From contig JBFXJJ010000016.1 of the NCBI GenBank assembly GCA_050175015.1, positions 1 to 51,638 on the forward strand: DNA of 51,638 nucleotides, written 5' to 3'. The notes below the pieces were generated by a model, which was not told the origin of the DNA, did no database searches, and saw only the letters and a program-made list of their open reading frames with translations. The DNA comes from Alphaproteobacteria bacterium. GTDB taxonomy: Bacteria; Pseudomonadota; Alphaproteobacteria; JBFXJJ01. The first letter of the stretch is position 1. Each line of letters starts with the position of its first letter. The position numbers and the translations under genes were made by a program. Shown piece after piece: positions 9,301 through 17,884 of this stretch.

Positions 9301-10657
9301 CCTCAATTTGACCGTCTAATTAATCTCTGATAATATCTCATAGTTTGTGCCAAGCCTTACTTCCTCGTCATATTTGACCGTCTAATTAATCTCTGATAAT
9401 ATGCTCAATGAAGAGCAAGAGGCCTTTATCTGGTCATATTTGACCGTCTAATTAATCTCTGATAATATGAAGGCTTAGTTAATAAAACTGATTTTTAGGT
9501 CATATTTGACCGTCTAATTAATCTCTGATAATATCGCCAAATGGTCTTTGTTAAGTGCAACATTGTCATATTTGACCGTCTAATTAATCTCTGATAATAT
9601 CCCAACCCTCTTTAAGAGCTTGAACGGTTAGGTCATATTTGACCGTCTAATTAATCTCTGATAATATTTCACAAGAAACAACGGGAGAATTATCTTGGTC
9701 ATATTTGACCGTCTAATTAATCTCTGATAATATTTTTGATATAATTTATTTATATTATAAATTGTCATATTTGACCGTCTAATTAATCTCTGATAATATT
9801 GCAGATTGCTGACACCGTTATTGTGCCAGGTCATATTTGACCGTCTAATTAATCTCTGATAATATAAGTTGACAAAAAGACAACCAAGAACGTAAGTCAT
9901 ATTTGACCGTCTAATTAATCTCTGATAATATTGACTATTTTATCTATTCTGCTGTTAGAGAGTCATATTTGACCGTCTAATTAATCTCTGATAATATCAA
10001 ATTTCAACGCCTACAATGTCTTTTGTAGTCATATTTGACCGTCTAATTAATCTCTGATAATATAGGCTAGTCCTGGTGAGGCGGTTCTTACCAGTCATAT
10101 TTGACCGTCTAATTAATCTCTGATAATATCACTGAAACACTGTATAAGTTATTGTTTTTGTCATATTTGACCGTCTAATTAATCTCTGATAATATCACTG
10201 AAACACTGTATAAGTTATTGTTTTTGTCATATTTGACCGTCTAATTAATCTCTGATAATATCAAAAGTGTATAAAAGATTGCAAGATGTAAGTCATATTT
10301 GACCGTCTAATTAATCTCTGATAATATATAATAACATATAACGCCATAGCAATATCAGTCATATTTGACCGTCTAATTAATCTCTGATAATATTAAATAA
10401 GAATTCAGTTAGATACACCTTTAGTCATATTTGACCGTCTAATTAATCTCTGATAATATTCGAGTTATTGAAGTTTCAGGGGCGATATAGTCATATTTGA
10501 CCGTCTAATTAATCTCTGATAATATAAAAGCCTCTTGCTTCAACCAAAAAGTGTGGTCATATTTGACCGTCTAATTAATCTCTGATAATATCTAACATTT
10601 TATTTCTCCTGATAATAAGTAGTCATATTTGACCGTCTAATTAATCTCTGATAATAT
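9301..10657 (+). CRISPR. Type II-C CRISPR array: 21 repeats of 36 nt (GTCATATTTGACCGTCTAATTAATCTCTGATAATAT) and 20 spacers (19 of 30 nt, one of 31 nt; 19 unique)
   Basis: Repeats counted directly at a 66-nt period. The first repeat (9301) is 5'-degenerate. The + orientation is deduced from tracrRNA pairing and the internal promoter. Confidence 0.99.
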
Positions 10658-10731
10658 ATCTGCTATGCCAAGCTGTTGAAAAATTTGATTTTTTAGCAGT
10701 TTGGTTAGGTAGAAAAATGCAAAATTTAATT
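10658..10731. promoter_or_regulatory. Putative leader (acquisition end) with a long stem-loop between the array and cas2
   Basis: Adjacent to the intact terminal repeat; CCAAGCTGTTGAAAA pairs with TTTTTAGCAGTTTGG. Confidence 0.6.
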
Positions 10732-11094
10732 TTAAAATAACAATAATTGCCCATTTTTTCTGCGAATCTCTTCTTCATTTTCTTCAAAGTTCTTACCTAA
10801 AAAATTGTCAGTCATTAGATATTGTTTATCTGTTATATATAAAAAGCTAACACTTCCATTTTCTGGTATAACACTTTTTAGATTCTTACACAAAGTCTTT
10901 GCGGTATCTAGGCTTGTGCAACATTTGATGTATACAGAAAACTGTTTCATTGAAAAACCAAAATCAAGAAGGGTATTCCTAAATCTAGTAGCTAGCCTCA
11001 TTTCTCTTTTAGTTCTAACGGGTAAATCAAACATACAAAAAATCCACATCATAGACCAGCCAGTTAGAGTTTCATTTCTCTTTATTCTTGCCAT
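10732..11094 (-). CDS. cas2: CRISPR-associated endoribonuclease Cas2 (II-C type)
   Basis: MWIFCMFDLPV...FRNTLLDFGFSMKQFSVY...ITDKQY; overlaps the cas9 3' end by 23 nt. Confidence 0.96.
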   Translation of the reverse strand: MARIKRNETLTGWSMMWIFCMFDLPVRTKREMRLATRFRNTLLDFGFSMKQFSVYIKCCTSLDTAKTLCKNLKSVIPENGSVSFLYITDKQYLMTDNFLGKNFEENEEEIRRKNGQLLLF

Positions 11095-14000
11095 TTTTTA
11101 AAGCCTTATGTTTTTTCTTTATCTTACCAAAAGGCGTTAATTCAATTTTTTTTGCTTTTATTTTAACTAAGGAATTAGCGCTTAAATCTTTTAAAAATAC
11201 AGGTAACATATAGCTAGGCTTGGTTTCTTTTTTTTCGCTGTTCCTAGCATCATTTGCTAAAATTAAAGATATTTGGTTTCGACCATGTCTAAAGCTCCTA
11301 ACTTCGGCTATGCACTTTTCCTTATTTATAAAAATCCGCCAACTATCTGGAGTATCTATTTCGATTAAATCACCTTGGAAAATAGACCATATCGATTTTA
11401 TATCTTTTTGATTTATTATTGGAGTGAAGGTTTTTCTATTTATGTCAAAATTATTAATTACTTCACATTCTACCTTACCATCTTTTTCATAAAAATCTGC
11501 TCTATGATTATTGCCAGAGGTATAAGCCATTTGGTGCTTATCAATGATAATTAAGCTTTTTTCATTAGTATAAGTTGGAAATTTTTCACCTTTCCATAAA
11601 TTGTTATTTTTAATAATTTTAAATGTTTCTACCAAAATCATATTTTCAGAAATATCTTTTACCTTTTTGCCTTCTATTTTTAAATTCTCATTCCTCTCGG
11701 TTAAAACGTTTTTTGCTTCATTAAAATACTTTTTAAAGTTATGAGTTAAATCTTCTAATTTTTTTCTGTCTTTCTTAATTTCTTCATACCATTCATCTTT
11801 AATAGCAGAATCGATTAAAATCTTTGATAAATCGGCCTCTTTCTTAACAACATCTAAAATTTTTCTTGAATATTTAGTTATTGTTAAATCTTTATATTTT
11901 TCATCAAGTTTTAATATAGTTTTCCCTTTTTCTTTATGTAATTCACCAGCTTTGCTATGTTCAGGTTTATGAGAGACTTTTATATTTTTCAACAAGCTTA
12001 AAACATTATTTCTAAACTCTGCCCTTGAAGCTTTATAGTTTTCCTTGTCCAAATGGCATAGAGGAAGGGGATAAGCACTAGGTTTAATAAAAAAGCCTCT
12101 TTTTTCGGACCAATTCATTTCTTGGATAAAGTTGCGATTAATGCAGCCTAGAGTAATGGCGTCAATAGCATGATGACGATGATCTATTCTCGGCTTCTTT
12201 AACCATTCTTTGTTTTCAACATCAGAAACTTCTCCCGTTTCTTGATCTATTTTAGTTCCGCAGTATCTTGGAATATCAAGTTTCATTAGATCATATTCTA
12301 AGCCATCTAAATTCCAAGCGGTTCTTAATTTTGCGGTATGAGAGCCTTTTATAGTTAAAACTCTAGTATTAACAACATCTTTTTCTTTGTCTTTTTCAAA
12401 ATCTAAAATGGCTCTTAAATATCGGGCTGATAATTTTGCCATATATCTAGTATCTGTTAGATAACGGTTGGTTTCGTCGGCATCGCCGCCAGTCTCAAAA
12501 CTTTCTCTTGCATCTGGTTCAAAACGCCATTTCTTGCCATCTGATATATTAGAGTTGTTTCTAATATTTATTAAAATATCTCTTATTTCTTCCGTTTTTT
12601 TGTTTTGTTCAAAATATTCATAAGGATATAAATCTCCTTTGCCTAAATTGTCATTCCTATCAACTAATGCTAAATTACTAAAAGTATCAGTTCCCCCTTT
12701 TGCTTGTGGGATTAAATGTTCAATCTCAAAACCAGTAAAGCGAGGTTCTATTCTTTTTTGAGGATTGAAAGCATCTTTCCAACTTTGTTCTTTAGCTAAT
12801 TTGTATTTTAAGATATTTTCTTTATTGATTCTGATTTTAAATTTTTTTAAATAATCAACGGCTTCTTCATTAAACTTTTCATTTTTCTTTTGTTCTATTT
12901 CGTAGAGCTTCTTTTTTTTGGCAGACATACCAACATCACGACCTAGTTCAATGTTTATTTCATAAGGTTTGCTATAAATTCTAATAATATCATTAACAAC
13001 GAACCTCAACTGATTTAGCATCATATGAACAGCAGGATTAGCAATTTTGCCATATCTTTTTTCACTATCATTTAAAGTTTTGTTTCTTTGTAATTGCCAC
13101 GGGTGAATTGGTTGGGTATCTTTTCTTAAAATCTCACCATAATAAGGAAGGGTATGGTATTTTCCTTGAGTTTCTTGGGCTAAGATCTCTTCTGATTTAA
13201 AGCGGATATCGCCGCTTTTTACTAATAAATCGGCTGCTTCTCGGTGAGAAATGACATTGTTTTTTAACAGTTCTAAAATTTTTGTAGTTGCTGTTATTCC
13301 TAAGGTTCCTCTGCCAGATGGCAATTTTGATAAAATTTCAGCAATTTGCTTTTCATCATTTGTTTGCAGACGTTTTTTTAATTCACTTATTAAATCATCT
13401 TCCCGATATAATCTTCCTTGTTTGTCATTAGGAATTTTAGGTTCAGCCATAAATTCAATTAAATTTGTCAGTTTATCTTCATCAAAGTTAGCTAAAACTT
13501 TTTGAAACTCTTCTTTTGAATAAAGGTATGGTTTTATTCCTTTTTCGTTGTCAGCAAAAACAATATCAAATTTTTTATCAAAGCCAAGAGTTGTTCTAAC
13601 TGAAGTTTTGTTTATGTTTTTCCCCTTAAAGGCAAGTTCATTTATTATTTTTTCCTGCTCCTTAATAGTTAACGAACGTTTGGTAGTGTCTGTTGTAATT
13701 TTAATGTTATTAATGGCTTCATAAACTCTTCGCTTTTCTGATAAGGGGTGAGCTTTTAAAAGTCTTTTTTCGCTATCAACATAAATACAGTTTGCCGTTG
13801 CGTAAGGCGCTGCTGGAAGTTCATAGAACAAAATATCGTATATTTCTTGTTTAAATTTTTCATCTTGCAGCTTTGTATAGTATTCTTTTTGCTTATTCCA
13901 AATCTGATTAAATTCATCTTTTACTAAATATCTTGGAATTGCATAATCAACTGATTTGTTATCACCAACATAGTCAGCCCTTTGGCGAACAACTCTTTTA

Positions 14001-14581
14001 TGATTTTTTTCATCTAAATTGTTGTGCTTATAGCTTGGTTTTAAACGCATATAAAAATATTCGCCAACGGTTTTGGCTCCGTTGTCTCTTAAATGTTTGG
14101 CTAAATTTTCATAGCTTGAGAGCTTCTTGTTTTTTTTAGTTTTCTTATTTTCGCCTTCATCTTCTAACAAATCTTCTTCGTCATCAATTTTTAAAACATC
14201 AACAAAACCTGCACCACGATGTTTGGCTATATGAAGCAAAGCTCGACCTAATTCATTAGGATTATTCAATTTTTCATTAACGGCATGAGCTCTAATCGCA
14301 TAAGGAGATAAAATTTGCATTTTTTTTGAGCCCGTAGGTTTTTCTGATTCCCAAAAACCATTTTCATATAATTTTTTTGCAAGAATTTCTAATCTTTTTT
14401 TGGTTCGTTCATTGTTTTTTCTAGCCGTTCTCTTGGTTCTTCTATCTTCTGCTCCTTCTGAAACGTTAAATATTCTAACTCCTGCGTCAATTATATTTTC
14501 AGCTTCATTGTTTTTATTTAAACTAATGATGGCGGCACCGATTGAAGATACTCCTAAATCTAGAGACAAACGATATTTCAT
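11072..14581 (-). CDS. cas9: Type II-C Cas9 (1169 aa)
   Basis: RuvC-I LSLDLGVSSIG, Arg-rich bridge helix, HIAKHRG, NPAV, RuvC-II IELGRD, HNH EIEHLIP...NLAL...N..KG, LTDTRY, RuvC-III DHRHHAIDA. No csn2 or cas4 present. Confidence 0.98.
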   Translation of the reverse strand: MKYRLSLDLGVSSIGAAIISLNKNNEAENIIDAGVRIFNVSEGAEDRRTKRTARKNNERTKKRLEILAKKLYENGFWESEKPTGSKKMQILSPYAIRAHAVNEKLNNPNELGRALLHIAKHRGAGFVDVLKIDDEEDLLEDEGENKKTKKNKKLSSYENLAKHLRDNGAKTVGEYFYMRLKPSYKHNNLDEKNHKRVVRQRADYVGDNKSVDYAIPRYLVKDEFNQIWNKQKEYYTKLQDEKFKQEIYDILFYELPAAPYATANCIYVDSEKRLLKAHPLSEKRRVYEAINNIKITTDTTKRSLTIKEQEKIINELAFKGKNINKTSVRTTLGFDKKFDIVFADNEKGIKPYLYSKEEFQKVLANFDEDKLTNLIEFMAEPKIPNDKQGRLYREDDLISELKKRLQTNDEKQIAEILSKLPSGRGTLGITATTKILELLKNNVISHREAADLLVKSGDIRFKSEEILAQETQGKYHTLPYYGEILRKDTQPIHPWQLQRNKTLNDSEKRYGKIANPAVHMMLNQLRFVVNDIIRIYSKPYEINIELGRDVGMSAKKKKLYEIEQKKNEKFNEEAVDYLKKFKIRINKENILKYKLAKEQSWKDAFNPQKRIEPRFTGFEIEHLIPQAKGGTDTFSNLALVDRNDNLGKGDLYPYEYFEQNKKTEEIRDILINIRNNSNISDGKKWRFEPDARESFETGGDADETNRYLTDTRYMAKLSARYLRAILDFEKDKEKDVVNTRVLTIKGSHTAKLRTAWNLDGLEYDLMKLDIPRYCGTKIDQETGEVSDVENKEWLKKPRIDHRHHAIDAITLGCINRNFIQEMNWSEKRGFFIKPSAYPLPLCHLDKENYKASRAEFRNNVLSLLKNIKVSHKPEHSKAGELHKEKGKTILKLDEKYKDLTITKYSRKILDVVKKEADLSKILIDSAIKDEWYEEIKKDRKKLEDLTHNFKKYFNEAKNVLTERNENLKIEGKKVKDISENMILVETFKIIKNNNLWKGEKFPTYTNEKSLIIIDKHQMAYTSGNNHRADFYEKDGKVECEVINNFDINRKTFTPIINQKDIKSIWSIFQGDLIEIDTPDSWRIFINKEKCIAEVRSFRHGRNQISLILANDARNSEKKETKPSYMLPVFLKDLSANSLVKIKAKKIELTPFGKIKKKHKALKNGKNKEK

Positions 14582-14677
14582 AATAAAAACCCTATTTTTT
14601 TAATTAACAAATGTTTTTATTATTGACTTTATAGCAATAATTGTAAATTATTAAATAATACGATTTTAGATTATACA

Positions 14678-14764
14678 ATTTTTTCAGAGATTAATTAGAC
14701 GGTCAAGTCGTATGATAAAGACTTTAATGTCCTAAAATGCGGGGAAGTTTTAACTTCCCCTTTA
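14678..14764 (+). ncRNA. tracrRNA (5' end approximate)
   Basis: 14684-14706 is an exact 23-nt reverse complement of the repeat, followed by a GTCG bulge, TATGAT lower stem, GAC-loop-GTC nexus and a GGGGAAG/CTTCCCC hairpin with T tract. Confidence 0.92.
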
Positions 14765-15682
14765 TTTTATTAGGTCATCAATATAGTTATCTATTTCAAG
14801 TAAGTTCTTCTTTTGGTTATAACTTTTAGCTAAACTATTGGCTGTATCGAATAAAGAGTTTGATAATGTCTTTTGCCCTTTAATGTTATCCAAATTTAAG
14901 CTTGTTATTTCGGCAAGGTTTCTTTTAATCTCAGGGGTTAGTTCTAAATCTGAAGTTTTTTCTAAATTTTTTAACGTTTCAAAAACGATGAAATCGGCTA
15001 AAGGACGATATGGTTCTATTAAGTCATCAACTAAGGTAAAGGGGTTTAATTTGTTTGTGTGAATTATGCCTAGAGCAGGCAGTAATCCTGCTCCAGCTAT
15101 AGCCCTTGCGACGCATGCTCTTAAAACAATATAGGTATAGTTAAGAAAAATGTTTACATCATTTGCATTTCTGTTTCGAACAAAATCTTTGCCAAATAGC
15201 TCTTTAAAATATATCTGAGCAGAAATGGCTTCATTGTTGGTTGTGTCGCCAGATTTTACTGTCTTCGATAAATATTTTAATCTTTCTATCTTTTTACTTT
15301 CGGGCTTTATCCATTCTAAAACCAAGGCTTGATTATAAATTTTTTTTCTTATTAAGGTTTTACATAGTGATTTTTGAAGTGGTGTCGATGCTGATATTTG
15401 TCTTCGTATTCTCTCTCCATTTTGCCAATGGCTAGTGTAAGGAAGAGTTATTGAAGTTGGCATATAATTTTTACCACAAAAAATTATAACACCATCGCAT
15501 TCTGTAATAGCATTTATCACATTTTTAGATATTGTAATGTTATTTGAAGATATTATTAAGCTTAAAATGTTATCTAAAGGTATTTCTGCAATTTTTTTAT
15601 CATTGTTAGCAATTACACAAAAACCTCTTTTTATAGATAAAAACATATCATCATTGGCTATTTCCAAAATTTGTTTATCCAT
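14762..15682 (-). CDS. cas1: Type II CRISPR-associated endonuclease Cas1
   Basis: SGDTTNNEA, YFKELFG, LNYTYIVLRA, GIIH, LVDDLIEPYRPLAD. Confidence 0.97.
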   Translation of the reverse strand: MDKQILEIANDDMFLSIKRGFCVIANNDKKIAEIPLDNILSLIISSNNITISKNVINAITECDGVIIFCGKNYMPTSITLPYTSHWQNGERIRRQISASTPLQKSLCKTLIRKKIYNQALVLEWIKPESKKIERLKYLSKTVKSGDTTNNEAISAQIYFKELFGKDFVRNRNANDVNIFLNYTYIVLRACVARAIAGAGLLPALGIIHTNKLNPFTLVDDLIEPYRPLADFIVFETLKNLEKTSDLELTPEIKRNLAEITSLNLDNIKGQKTLSNSLFDTANSLAKSYNQKKNLLEIDNYIDDLIK

Positions 15683-15855
15683 GTTGCAAACCTTTAAATT
15701 TAATATAATGAATTTTTATTTTTTAATTAATGTTAATGTTTTTTTGCTAAGGAGAACAATAAAAAGTTATAAATTGAGTTGCTCTTTCTATGCTATGGTG
15801 AAATACTTAAATTCGATTTCTATCTCATAAAAATATCTTTCCTTATTGGTGGTTT

Positions 15856-16773
15856 ATGCCTAGTTTCTTTTGGTTTTTTATAGCCTTTTTGGCACCATTT
15901 TTTCATGCTTGGTGCAATATTATTGATTGCAGATTATCTAATGGTATTTTCAAAAGAATATCGCCGCTGGTTTTTTACACCTATATCTTTTATGTTATTT
16001 TAACACCATTTGTTTGTTTGATTGAGATGCCTCAAATGCTGCCTCTAAATCAAATATGGATAGCGGCGTTAATAGGATTTATTAATGTCGGCTATTTGTT
16101 TCCCTATTATGCATCATTAAAAAAGCTAGATACCTCGATTGTAACCGCTCTTTTTTCTTTAGGGCAGATTATTATTCCTGTTTTAGCTTGGTTTTTTCTT
16201 GATGAAAGGTTAGCAACAATTCAATATCTTGGCTTTTTCATTATTATTTTTGCCGCTTGTTTTTTAACGCTAGAAAAAAAGAATGCAAAGCTTAAAATCA
16301 ATAAGGCCTTTTTTTATATGCTTTTTTGCTCTCTGCTTTTATCTTTTTCCGCCATTTTATGTAAGCATTTGTTTAATGTCAGCAGTTGGAGTACAGGCTT
16401 TGTTTGGTATGGTGGTTTTTCTTTCTTGTTTTCATCAATGTTCCTGCTAATACCCAGAGATAGAAGATTGATCTTCCTCCATGCTAAAGTTTTTAAGAAA
16501 AATTTTTATTACTTTGCCTTAGAAGAATTTTTAAATTTTTGCGGGACAGCCGCGGGAACATATGCTTTGTCAAAAGCTCCCGTTGTTTTATACGAAAGCG
16601 TTAGTGCTACTCAGCCCTTTTTCATCTTGTTTTATGTTTTAATCTTAAGAGTTTGTTTTCCTAAGGTGTTTTTATTAGAAAAAACTAATAGATGGGACAT
16701 AATAAAAAAAATATTAAGCTTTATTTTAATTATGATAGGTATTGGCTTGGTATTTAATGATGCTATTAGTTAA
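15856..16773 (+). CDS. EamA/DMT family transporter (two repeats)
   Basis: About 10 hydrophobic helices; PVLAWFFLDERL...YLG. Confidence 0.85.
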   Translation: MPSFFWFFIAFLAPFFHAWCNIIDCRLSNGIFKRISPLVFYTYIFYVILTPFVCLIEMPQMLPLNQIWIAALIGFINVGYLFPYYASLKKLDTSIVTALFSLGQIIIPVLAWFFLDERLATIQYLGFFIIIFAACFLTLEKKNAKLKINKAFFYMLFCSLLLSFSAILCKHLFNVSSWSTGFVWYGGFSFLFSSMFLLIPRDRRLIFLHAKVFKKNFYYFALEEFLNFCGTAAGTYALSKAPVVLYESVSATQPFFILFYVLILRVCFPKVFLLEKTNRWDIIKKILSFILIMIGIGLVFNDAIS

Positions 16774-17309
16774 GGGTTGTTCCTAAGATTAAGCTTCATA
16801 GCTATTCTGGGGTTCTCTTTTAGGTGATCGCCAAAGATTTCAGTTTCATTTTGGATAACCTTTTTTAAGTCAGAGCTTTTTTCATCAGGTGTAAATTCAC
16901 AAAAGCCTAATTTGCGGTAGAACGGGGCATTAAACGGAATATTTTTGAAAGTTGTCAGAGTTATATAATCATAACTATGATTTTGCGCCCATAATATAGC
17001 CCGTTCCAAAAGTTTTCTTCCAATACCCTTATGACCATAATCAGGTAAGACATCAATTTCGGCGATATATGCTTGGCTATCCAAAGTTTTTACCACAACA
17101 AAACCTACAATATTATTATTTTGGGTGGTAGCTATAAAAACTTCAGCACATTGAGGTAAGGAGTGATAGTAACTTTCGGGGGCAGGGGGTAGACTGTCGT
17201 CAAAAACCGCAACAAAAGATCTAAAAAGATTAGCGGCTTCGTTTTCGATATGAGGCAGGAACTTAAAATCATTAGGTTCTGCGGTTCTAATTAAAATATC
17301 ATCGGACAT
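16770..17309 (-). CDS. GNAT family N-acetyltransferase
   Basis: DVLPDYGHKGIGRKLL acetyl-CoA motif; LTTFKNIPFNAPFYRKLGF. Confidence 0.92.
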   Translation of the reverse strand: MSDDILIRTAEPNDFKFLPHIENEAANLFRSFVAVFDDSLPPAPESYYHSLPQCAEVFIATTQNNNIVGFVVVKTLDSQAYIAEIDVLPDYGHKGIGRKLLERAILWAQNHSYDYITLTTFKNIPFNAPFYRKLGFCEFTPDEKSSDLKKVIQNETEIFGDHLKENPRIAMKLNLRNNP

Positions 17310-17311
17310 AA

Positions 17312-17884
17312 CTAATACCTAAAAAAATGATAAACAGAAAGTGATGCTAGTAACATAAATAGAGCGATAATAAATTTTATAAAGTTTTCTATTCTATTTT
17401 TAAAATATTTTTCTTTTAGCAGTAACAAGCAAAATGGAGTTAATGTTGTCCAGAATGTGATTATAATTAAAATACTGAAATTAAGAGGAGCAATATATTC
17501 TTGTCCATTATGTTCCGTTGCTTCTCCTAATAAACTTCCTACCAAAGCCCCTATATATTGAGAAAAGACTACAATTTGAATAGCTAACAATAAAACAAAA
17601 GATTGAAGTTTTTTAAATGTATATATTAAGAGCAAGGTAATAACTATTGTAGAAATAAAGATTGTTATTTGAATTAAGGGGGAAACATCTAAGTCAATAA
17701 ATATAGGTTTTCCAAATTTATCAAGACCATTATAAAGTCCTAGTTTATATAGCAATATTCTAAAAAACGTATTTCAAGATAGGAAAAGGGCTAAAGTGAG
17801 CCATAAAAAAGATAAACAGTAAAATATTATTAGTGTGTATTTTTTTATTTTAGTTTTAGAGCAAATATCTAGTTTTTTTATCAT
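17312..17884 (-). pseudogene. Membrane protein gene (~190 codons) interrupted by an in-frame TGA at codon 37
   Basis: The ATG at 17884 overlaps the upstream stop (ATGA) and is in frame with the 17312-17755 ORF: MIKKLDICSKTKIKKYTLIIFYCLSFLWLTLALFLS*NTFFRILLYKLG. The TGA is at 17774-17776. Confidence 0.75.

Noticed and set aside
9628-9900. 90-aa ORF with repeated YYQRLIRRSNMT
   Set aside because: It is the translation of CRISPR repeats on the minus strand, not a protein.
9337-10621. Self-targeting spacers within the window
   Set aside because: No match noticed, although the search by eye was not exhaustive. The CTGATAATA in the last spacer resembles the repeat end but is only 9 nt in AT-rich DNA.
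9240-15855. Intact mobile element carrying the CRISPR locus
   Set aside because: I saw no integrase or transposase and no second copy of the tRNA 3' end by eye. An exact repeat search would be needed to exclude a short att site.
17774-17776. TGA recoding (genetic code 4/25 or selenocysteine)
   Set aside because: TGA serves as the stop of several intact genes here (ATGA/TGATG overlaps at 17881, 19246, 23237, 45126) and Trp is encoded by TGG throughout.
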